Part shown: piece after piece, positions 23,958-31,213 of the stretch | How the letters are laid out: each line of letters begins with the position of its first letter | Numbering within the stretch: the first letter of the stretch is position 1 | From: a virus | Lineage: Duplodnaviria; Caudoviricetes | DNA: 31,213 nucleotides | Strand: one strand, 5' to 3' | Virus record (IMG/VR): IMGVR_UViG_3300031520_000015 | Span: 1 to 31,213 of that record | Program-made: the position numbers and the translations under genes | The notes under the pieces: generated by a model | Told to the model about the DNA's origin: nothing | What the model saw: the letters and a program-made list of their open reading frames with translations, nothing else | Database searches by the model: none

Positions 23958-26453
23958 ATGCAGGTGTGGTACGATCTCTCTGTGCGGCTCGGCTTTCAAA
24001 TGGGCGGCTTCCAGATGGGCGCGCTGGCGGCCGGCAAAATCCTTTCGGGGCTCGAAGGCCAAATGTTGGCCTCCGAAAAGCGTGCGGCTATGCTCTCCCG
24101 CGCCTTCCAAAATATCAATTGGAGCGCGCCCGGCGCATCAAGCTTCGGCGCCGCGCTGGCTAACCAGTTTACGGCGGCGGGATCGGCGGCGCAAACCGCC
24201 CAGGCGCAGGTGGACAAGTTTCATCGCTCCATGAACATCGCCCTGGGCGGCGCGGCGCTCACCGGCGCGGGCCTCGTTATGGCTGGCCTGTTGGACAAGG
24301 CGGGCGAGGCGGGCGCGCAGCTCCAGGTCGCGATGACCGGCATCGGACTGGCGACGGGCGCGACGCCAAAGCAGCTCGCGGCCATGCAGGCGTCCTTCGT
24401 TCCGATCGGCCTGCGCAACCAGATGAGCGTGACCGACGTGGCCCACCTGGCCCTCGCCTCAACGCACGCCGGCATCACCGACCTGGGCCAACTCAAAGGG
24501 AGCATCGCGACCATCGCCAACTTTGCCGAGGTGCAACAGTTATCGACGCACGTCAGTCGGGAGTCAGCGGCCACGACGGGTGTTGAGTACGCGCATATTT
24601 TTGGGGCCTATACGCCGCAACTCCTGAATCCGCTGATCAATACGCTGTCGAAGGCGCTGACCCACACGCCCCTGACGGGCGCGGGCTTCGAGGCATTGGT
24701 CAGCCAGTTCGGCGGCATGACCGCGCCCCTCTACGGTCGCTCCACGGCGGCGAAATTGTTTAGTCAAAAAGACGACACCATGATGGGCGTCCTCCTGGGG
24801 CAGATGGGGCAGGGCACGCGCGGCGGGACGCAGTTCGGCAGCGGCCTGATCCACCTGGCGACGGCCAAGCCGGGCACCGCGGCGTACGCGGCGGAACAGC
24901 GATTGGAAACGGCGGGCGGTGGGCAGTTTTTCAATCAGGATGGGTCGTTCCGCGGCATCCGCAACCTGCTGGAGATTATCAATCGCGCGGCCAAGGTCCT
25001 GACGCCCGGGCAGTTGACGGCCGTGAATAAGGCCGCGTTCGGCACGGTCGGCATGAAAACGTTCGGCAACCTGGAGGAGAGCGCACGCCTCCAGCAGTGG
25101 GACGTGAACGCCAAAACCTTCACCCGCATCCCCGGCATCGACAAACAACAGGAGCAGTACAACGCGACGAACAAGGGCCAGTCCGTTCAGTGGCACAAAA
25201 ACGTCGACACGGCTGTTACCATTTTCGGCCTGGAGCTACTCCCCACCCTGCTCAAGGTGAGCCAGGCGCTGGTGGGTATCACGCGCGGCGTCGTCGAGTT
25301 CATGCAGGCCAATCCGGCGATTGTCCAGTTCGCGGCGGGCTTCGCGCTGGTGGCGACGGCCATCGCCCTGATTGGCGGCCCGATCCTCGTTGCCATCGGC
25401 GCGATCGGCATGCTGACCGTGGCCTTCGGCGCGATGGAGGCTATCGCCTGGCCCATCACGGCCGCCATCTTGGGCATCACCGCCGCTATCGCCGCCGGCG
25501 TGCTGATCTTCCAAAACTGGTCGACTGTCGTGGCCTTCCTGAACGATCCGCTGGGGGCCCTGGCCGGCAAGTTTGGCCCCATCGGCCAGGGTATCGAGAT
25601 CGTGTTCGCGCCGTTGATCGGGTTGATCGAGGGGTTCCGCCTGCTCTGGGAGTGGGGCGGCAAACTCCTCAACTGGGCGGGCGGATTCAGCGGTATTGCC
25701 AGGGCCGTGGGCGGCGCGTTCGGCCTAATGGGGACCTATTTTTCACCCCTGCTCCAGATGTTGTCCGCCTTGCTCACGTTGGGTGGCCATCTGGCGCAGT
25801 GGGTCGGTAGCCTGCCGGGCGTGGCGGACGAGATTTCAAGCGCGCTCCAGATCGCTTTTGCGCCCCTGTACGTCGCGATCGAGGCCCTGAAAGTCTTACA
25901 TGGGTTCTGGGACTGGCTGACGGTGACGAGCACGCAGAATCACGGCGGCGCAAGCGCGGCCACGGCGCCCGCGGCAGCGGCTCGCGCCTACGACCCCATC
26001 ATCGCGCGGCAACTGTCTCGCTACACGAGCGCCCATGGGAGGGAAACGGGGCAGCACGGCTACTGGCAGTATCAGCAGTACGTGCAGGGGAAGGGCTTTG
26101 AATGGCGGAACGACGGGCGTCTGCCCTCGCCGCCTCCCGCCCTCGCCGCGCTCCATCACTCTCCTGCCCGTCACTCCACCCCGCATCACACGCCCACTCC
26201 GCCCCTCATCCCGCGCAAAAGCGGCGGCATGGCCCTGATCGGCGCGGGGTCGCTCCAGGCGTCGCGCACAATTGAGGTGCATCATCACCACCATGGGTCG
26301 CCCGTGTCCATCGCGATCAACGGGGCCGATCACGCCACCTCGAACGATCTGGCTGCCGCCGTGGCAAAGCGCATCCGGCACGAGATCACGGCCAGTGCCC
26401 GCTGGCACAATCGCTACCACGGCAAGGACCTGCTGGGCATGGAGCCGACCTAA
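23958..26453 (+). CDS. tape measure protein
   Basis: 831 aa Ala/Gly-rich helical, hydrophobic segments, periodic W/F; synteny. Confidence 0.9.
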   Translation: MQVWYDLSVRLGFQMGGFQMGALAAGKILSGLEGQMLASEKRAAMLSRAFQNINWSAPGASSFGAALANQFTAAGSAAQTAQAQVDKFHRSMNIALGGAALTGAGLVMAGLLDKAGEAGAQLQVAMTGIGLATGATPKQLAAMQASFVPIGLRNQMSVTDVAHLALASTHAGITDLGQLKGSIATIANFAEVQQLSTHVSRESAATTGVEYAHIFGAYTPQLLNPLINTLSKALTHTPLTGAGFEALVSQFGGMTAPLYGRSTAAKLFSQKDDTMMGVLLGQMGQGTRGGTQFGSGLIHLATAKPGTAAYAAEQRLETAGGGQFFNQDGSFRGIRNLLEIINRAAKVLTPGQLTAVNKAAFGTVGMKTFGNLEESARLQQWDVNAKTFTRIPGIDKQQEQYNATNKGQSVQWHKNVDTAVTIFGLELLPTLLKVSQALVGITRGVVEFMQANPAIVQFAAGFALVATAIALIGGPILVAIGAIGMLTVAFGAMEAIAWPITAAILGITAAIAAGVLIFQNWSTVVAFLNDPLGALAGKFGPIGQGIEIVFAPLIGLIEGFRLLWEWGGKLLNWAGGFSGIARAVGGAFGLMGTYFSPLLQMLSALLTLGGHLAQWVGSLPGVADEISSALQIAFAPLYVAIEALKVLHGFWDWLTVTSTQNHGGASAATAPAAAARAYDPIIARQLSRYTSAHGRETGQHGYWQYQQYVQGKGFEWRNDGRLPSPPPALAALHHSPARHSTPHHTPTPPLIPRKSGGMALIGAGSLQASRTIEVHHHHHGSPVSIAINGADHATSNDLAAAVAKRIRHEITASARWHNRYHGKDLLGMEPT

Positions 26454-26464
26454 AGGAGCGTCTC

Positions 26465-26932
26465 ATGGCGGCGACGATCACGATTGGCCCGGTCACACTG
26501 GCGGGCGGGAACATGCCCGAGCGCACGCCCGACCCGCGCGCGCTCGAGAAACGGGAACGACGCCTGTCGGACGGGACGAACGTCTTGCAACGGACGGGAC
26601 CGACGCATCAAGCTATTCCGCTGCAGGGGTTGCTTCAGGAGACGAACGTTTTCGGCACGCCTGAGTCGTTGCGGCGTGGCCTCCAGACCGTGTTCGAGGC
26701 GGGACAACCCGTCGTCTCCTACCTGAATGGCCACCGCGAGGTTGTGACGCTGACGGGGTGTGAGATCGTGGCCGTCCGCTACAACACCTACGAGTATCGC
26801 CTCGAGCTGTTCCGTGAGCAGAACGGGCTCCTGTCGTCCGGCGACCCGCGCGATGCGCCGCTGACCGACCGCGATCAGGCCGATCAGTACAGCCGGGCGG
26901 CGGCGGGCATCAAGGCCGCCGCCGGCCTCTAA
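26465..26932 (+). CDS. putative tail tube initiator (P2 gpU / Mu gp43-like position)
   Basis: Directly after TMP, 155 aa, AAGGAG RBS. Confidence 0.55.
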   Translation: MAATITIGPVTLAGGNMPERTPDPRALEKRERRLSDGTNVLQRTGPTHQAIPLQGLLQETNVFGTPESLRRGLQTVFEAGQPVVSYLNGHREVVTLTGCEIVAVRYNTYEYRLELFREQNGLLSSGDPRDAPLTDRDQADQYSRAAAGIKAAAGL

Positions 26933-26962
26933 GCACGACGGGCAGGAAAAGGGTGAGGTGAC

Positions 26963-27358
26963 ATGAGCCAAAGCCCCGCGCCGGCGATAGCGACCGGCAC
27001 AGTCCCAGCGACCTCCACGGAGGCGGACGGCATCCGCGCAGAGATCGCCGCTCTTCAGGCGCAGGTCGCGTCAGCCCGCGCCCTGTTGACCGTGACGCCG
27101 ACGCCGACGACGGTCAGCCGGCAGGCCCTGCTCGCGGCACGGCGTGTGGTCACGTTAGGCGAGGCGGCTATCCTGCTGCTGCAGCGTGAGTTAGCGCCCC
27201 AGGCCCCGCGCGTCGTCGTGGTCCGCGAGGGCGATACGTTGTTCGGGCTGGCGCAGGACTATCTCGGCGACGCATTGGCGTACGGTGACATTCAGCGCGC
27301 CAACGGCCTGACGTTCATCGCGCTGTCGGTCGGCCAGCGCCTGATCCTGCCACGGTAA
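26963..27358 (+). CDS. LysM-domain baseplate protein
   Basis: VVREGDTLFGLAQDYLGD...Y..IQRANGL....LSVGQRLILP. Confidence 0.9.
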   Translation: MSQSPAPAIATGTVPATSTEADGIRAEIAALQAQVASARALLTVTPTPTTVSRQALLAARRVVTLGEAAILLLQRELAPQAPRVVVVREGDTLFGLAQDYLGDALAYGDIQRANGLTFIALSVGQRLILPR

Positions 27359-27395
27359 CGCACAGTGCAGCGCCGGCAAAGGGCGGAGGAGAAAC

Positions 27396-29699
27396 GTGCC
27401 AGCGATCTCTCTGTCGCCCCCATGGGAAGGGGCGTTAGACCGCTATAGCCTGTACCAGGCGTACGGCAATACCGGTGTGAGTTATGAGCCGGCGGGTCAT
27501 GGGCACACGCACTGGCACACGGGGTGGGATAAAGAACTGCCCAATCAGACACCACTGTTGGCGTGCGCTGACGGCGTGGTGTGGCGTGCCCAACAGTTGG
27601 ACCCGTCCGGTCCCCAGTTCAACGGCAGCTACGGCCTCTATCTCTGTATCGAGTACGACAATCCGGACGGTAGTCCGCCGCACGCGTCCACGCTCTTTGG
27701 CCATTGTTCGCGCCATGATGTCCAGGTCGGCGACCGCGTCACGCGCGGCCAGCAGGTCGCCCTGTCGGGCGGCGACCCTCCCACGGGCGTCGGGACCACC
27801 AGTGGCAACTCCACCGGCGCACACCTCCACATGATGGTGTTCCTGGACCGCAACATCGTGTCGGGTGACGTGGACCCCACGCCGTACTTTGGGGGAACGG
27901 GCGTCAGTACTGGCGGCGGAGGCGGAGGCGCGGGCGCGGGTGTCATCGCGCCCGCCTCCTCGGGCACGGTCACGCCGACCAACGCCATTTACTGGGCGAA
28001 GGCAGCGGGCATCCCCGCCGACCAACTCGCTATCTGCATTGCTATCTGCCGTGCTGAGAGCCAGTTCAAACTCGACGCCGTGAACCTTAACCGCGACGGG
28101 TCGGGCGCCGTTGTCTCCACGGACCGCGGCCTGTGGCAAATCAACGATGTGGCCCACCCTGAGTACCCAAACCACGATCTGTTATTTCAGGGCGCGTACA
28201 ACGCGCAGGCCATGGCCGCTATCTCCTCGAAGGGGACGAACTGGAACCCCTGGAGCACCTACAACCCGCCGTCGGGGACGCCGCCGTATCTCCGCTACCT
28301 CGACCAGGCCAAAGCGGATGTGGCTCACGCGCCGAACGGAACCGCGCCTACCGGCGGGGGAGGCGCGGGTGTCAGTCCGGGCGCGGGTGGAGCGGCGGGG
28401 ACGCCCGCGTACAACGCGGCGACCGATCCCGTGCCGCAGGACACCACGCCTCAGTTGCCCGTCGAACAAGTGACCATCGCACCCGGCCGGACGCAGTTGG
28501 CCCTTCTCCATCGGGACGCGGCGCGCGCCAAAGCGAACGGGCTGATCGGCACGGCGGCCGTGTCCATCGATGGGGACCTGTTCCCCGTCGAGACGCTCTC
28601 CGTGGTCGAGGCAGCGTACCGCCAGCCGGCCTCGCTCAAGGCGACGCTGCCGTACACGCTGTTCACGACGGAGCGCGGGCGGCGCGTGATGCAACGCTTC
28701 TTTCGGCAGCGGTACGTCGAGGTGAAGGGCTACCTGGGCTACATGCCGCCGACCGCGAGCGGCGCGGAGATGCGCCAGGCGTTGCGCCTCGTCTTCGTCG
28801 GATTGATCGAGTCGCCGGACATCGACCTGAACGCGGAAGACGCCGACGAGACGGTCACGTTGTCGTGCCCCGACCTGTCGATCCTCCTGTCGGGCCAGGC
28901 GGCGACCAGCAGTCAGCTGAGTGCGCTGGGCGACAATTTCGCTAACCAGCGCGCTGACCAGATCGTGTCACGCCTGACGCTGGCGCATAACGCGCCAGGA
29001 ACCGCGGGCCTCACGGTCGAGGCGGATACGGTCGGCGAAGTCACGGGCTCCGTGTTCGGCGCGGATGTGATCAAAACGCGCAAAACAGGACAGAAAGAGT
29101 GGGACATCATCACGCAGTTGGCTCAGGACCAGGGCTATGATGTGTACTTCGATGGCAGCGTGTTGGTGTTCAAGCGCCCGGTGACGCCGCCTCCGCCCCT
29201 CGTCTTGACCTGCTGGCAACGCGGCGGTCAGGGCGTGGGGACGGTCGACCCCGTCTCACGCGTCCATCCCGTGCCGCAGCCGCACGTTGGCCGCGAGTAT
29301 AAAGTCGCGTACCAATCGTTCGATCCCAAGACGGGCCAGTCCGTGACGGCGACGGCGCGCAAGAGCAACCACGATGGCGCGGGCGAGGAGACCTTGACCG
29401 CGCCGGCGGGGACGTCACCTGCCGCGTTGCAGCGCATGGCCGACGCCGCGCTCGCCGTGTACGTCGCGACCGAGGTGTTGACGGAGATCGAAACGACGGA
29501 CCTCGTGCCCCTCGCGCGGGGTCAGGCCATCGTCCTGACCAGCGACTATCTGCCCGAGGACACGACAGGTCCTACTCATCCCCTTTACCCGCTTCACGTG
29601 GAGCGGTCGTACACGCCTCAGACGGGTATCACGCTGGCCATCAAGTGCGGCACGCGGCCCTGGGGCATGACCGCGACGGACGGCAACTTTGGCTTTTAA
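27396..29699 (+). CDS. M23 peptidase + lytic transglycosylase + baseplate hub fusion
   Basis: HTGWD/ADG.V/FGH/VGD.V.RGQ/STGAHLH (M23); AES.F..N..DRGLWQIN..WNPWSTY (SLT-like); YLGY..VFVG.I..LSC.D..EWD.I..LA...GY..YFDG (gpD/gp44-like hub). Confidence 0.85.
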   Translation: MPAISLSPPWEGALDRYSLYQAYGNTGVSYEPAGHGHTHWHTGWDKELPNQTPLLACADGVVWRAQQLDPSGPQFNGSYGLYLCIEYDNPDGSPPHASTLFGHCSRHDVQVGDRVTRGQQVALSGGDPPTGVGTTSGNSTGAHLHMMVFLDRNIVSGDVDPTPYFGGTGVSTGGGGGGAGAGVIAPASSGTVTPTNAIYWAKAAGIPADQLAICIAICRAESQFKLDAVNLNRDGSGAVVSTDRGLWQINDVAHPEYPNHDLLFQGAYNAQAMAAISSKGTNWNPWSTYNPPSGTPPYLRYLDQAKADVAHAPNGTAPTGGGGAGVSPGAGGAAGTPAYNAATDPVPQDTTPQLPVEQVTIAPGRTQLALLHRDAARAKANGLIGTAAVSIDGDLFPVETLSVVEAAYRQPASLKATLPYTLFTTERGRRVMQRFFRQRYVEVKGYLGYMPPTASGAEMRQALRLVFVGLIESPDIDLNAEDADETVTLSCPDLSILLSGQAATSSQLSALGDNFANQRADQIVSRLTLAHNAPGTAGLTVEADTVGEVTGSVFGADVIKTRKTGQKEWDIITQLAQDQGYDVYFDGSVLVFKRPVTPPPPLVLTCWQRGGQGVGTVDPVSRVHPVPQPHVGREYKVAYQSFDPKTGQSVTATARKSNHDGAGEETLTAPAGTSPAALQRMADAALAVYVATEVLTEIETTDLVPLARGQAIVLTSDYLPEDTTGPTHPLYPLHVERSYTPQTGITLAIKCGTRPWGMTATDGNFGF

Positions 29700-29779
29700 C
29701 GCAACGCCGTACGCGTCACGATACATCACGATTAATGCGGCGGGGATACCTGTTAACAGATGTTGACGGAGGTGCGGCC

Positions 29780-30289
29780 GTGTTCGATGAGGAAATGGCG
29801 CACGTGGAGCGCCTGATGGCGCGCCTCCTAAAAGAGCAGGCGCCGGCCGCGTGGGGCACGGTCCTCAGTTACGATGAGACGACACATACAGCGCGCGTCC
29901 GCATGGAGCCGGGCGGCGGTACAACGGGCGACCTGCCGGTGGCAACGGTTGCCGGCGGACTGCGTCTGCCCCTGCGGCGGGGTGACACGTGCCGCCTGGA
30001 CCTGGACGCCGGTGAGCCCGTGGCCGTCGCTTACGTGATTTACACCACAAGGCAACAGCCGCCCGCCGCGCACCTTGTGCTCGAGGGTGATGTCTGGGTC
30101 GGGGGCCAGGTCACGACGGCGCGGCCGTCCCCCGTGCCGCGCGTGGCCACGCTTCCGACGCCGCGGCCTGAGTTGCGGGGAAGCTCCATCATCCTGAGCG
30201 ATGGCGGGACCACGACGGCCGATGTCCTGTATGTGTGCCTTCAGGGCGTGGGCGGAGCAGTGGCCTGGCACGCCGTGCCGACGGGTTAG
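29780..30289 (+). CDS. baseplate spike (gpV-like OB fold)
   Basis: GTV.SYD...HTARV......TG.LP....P...GD; GGAGGTG RBS before GTG. Confidence 0.75.
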   Translation: MFDEEMAHVERLMARLLKEQAPAAWGTVLSYDETTHTARVRMEPGGGTTGDLPVATVAGGLRLPLRRGDTCRLDLDAGEPVAVAYVIYTTRQQPPAAHLVLEGDVWVGGQVTTARPSPVPRVATLPTPRPELRGSSIILSDGGTTTADVLYVCLQGVGGAVAWHAVPTG

Positions 30290-30303
30290 TCGAGGAGGAG
30301 GCG

Positions 30304-30768
30304 ATGACGATAGCTAGCGACCCGTCCTCGTTGGGACAAACGATGCAGGGGACGGACATCCTCCAACTGCTAGGGTTTGGCTATGATGGGACGGGTGGCG
30401 ACTGGGCCTATGGACCGGGCGGTGGCTTGCTGCGCGTGGCCGGTTTAGCACTGTTACAGCAACGCTTCGGACGCCGACTGGCAACACCAAAAGGCGCGCT
30501 GTTGCTGCATCCCACCTATGGCGCGTCGCTCTGCGACCGCGTGGGGACGCCCATCGGCGAGGCAGATGTGGCGCTGATCGCGCGGGAGGTTGAGGCTGAG
30601 TTGCTGGCAGACCCGCTCGTTGCCGCTGTCCTGGCCGTGGACGTGCTGAGCGATCCCGCGACGGGGGGCCTACAGGTGACGCCAACGGTGCGCCTGCAGG
30701 GGTCGGGCGTCGTCGTGGATGTGCCGCTGGTGTTTGACCGTTTCGGCTACCGCGCGTCGTCGGGGTGA
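30304..30768 (+). CDS. baseplate wedge protein (gp25/gpW-like)
   Basis: L.Q...RRL.TPKG.L..HP.YG..L...G....E..L..DP.V. Confidence 0.85.
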   Translation: MTIASDPSSLGQTMQGTDILQLLGFGYDGTGGDWAYGPGGGLLRVAGLALLQQRFGRRLATPKGALLLHPTYGASLCDRVGTPIGEADVALIAREVEAELLADPLVAAVLAVDVLSDPATGGLQVTPTVRLQGSGVVVDVPLVFDRFGYRASSG

Positions 30769-31100
30769 GGCGACAATCCCCTAATGAAACGATTCGCCTC
30801 CCGGATGCTCCCTCGCAACGAGGTCGCGCGTGACCGCTGAATTGGGCAGAGCGGCGATCCAACGGCCGGGATGGGTCCATCCCAGGGGACAGTGACGCAC
30901 TGATGAGTGTTGCGCATGTGAACGAGCACGCTCAAAGTCTGATCGCGCTGATACGGTGATGGCAGGTCTCGCCAACCCCCGTTTTCCTTGAGTTCCCTAC
31001 GGTCCCCCTCAACGCTTATGACCGTTCCGTTGAGGATTGCCTCTTCCTCTGCCGTCCAAAAGGTCGCGTTTTCAGCATCTTCCGCGCAACGTATCTTCAT
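30747..31100 (-). CDS. antisense hypothetical protein (moron-like)
   Basis: GGGAGGG RBS before ATG 31100; 117 aa; lower GC than flanks. Confidence 0.6.
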   Translation of the reverse strand: MKIRCAEDAENATFWTAEEEAILNGTVISVEGDRRELKENGGWRDLPSPYQRDQTLSVLVHMRNTHQCVTVPWDGPIPAVGSPLCPIQRSRATSLRGSIREANRFIRGLSPHPDDAR

Positions 31101-31161
31101 CGTGCCCTCCCGTCGTCAGTAGAGCCTTGCGCCGTGCCGTGAGATGGAAGGAGCGCACGCG

Positions 31162-31213
31162 ATGACGAGCAGTCCAAGCCCTGGCGCCACGATGTCGGCG
31201 CCGACGACGGTGA
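31162..31213 (+). CDS. partial gene, by synteny possibly baseplate J-like
   Basis: GAAGGAG RBS, ATG 31162, frame open to window end; only 17 codons visible. Confidence 0.35.
   Translation, partial: MTSSPSPGATMSAPTTV

Noticed and set aside
20627-31213. Stand-alone eCIS or tailocin locus
   Set aside because: Contiguous with terminase, portal, protease and capsid genes, so it is a phage tail module.
1-31213. tRNA, rRNA, integrase, reverse transcriptase/DGR
   Set aside because: No recognisable motifs seen by eye; covariance-model searches were not run.

Overview
High-GC tailed phage or prophage segment, almost all on the + strand. It contains (i) about 7 kb of small accessory and regulatory genes (1-7277) driven by two near-identical sigma70-type promoter repeats, with HTH, LuxR-type, VRR-NUC and a putative late regulator, (ii) a packaging module (terS, a dead HNH, terL), (iii) an HK97-type head module (portal, prohead protease, major capsid, connectors), and (iv) a contractile tail and baseplate module (sheath, tube, chaperones, tape measure, LysM, M23+SLT+hub fusion, spike, wedge) that runs off the right end. 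The most striking element is a 354-aa intein in terL. Its in-frame middle has no recognisable nuclease, but it fully contains, in the +1 frame, a 271-codon Zn-finger + Vsr/DUF559-type endonuclease gene that even overlaps the C-terminal splicing region. Other oddities: the terL Walker A motif is split by 5 extra nt containing a TGA (ACC-TG-ACA; a Thr-to-Thr stop-hop or a lesion), a perfect 45-bp inverted repeat covers the terS RBS and start, a candidate +1 tail-chaperone frameshift sits next to a perfect 28-bp palindrome, and a recurring G-x-K-[AS] candidate maturation motif appears in portal, protease and capsid. Several lesions suggest partial decay. All calls come from reading motifs by eye; no searches were run and the host cannot be assigned.
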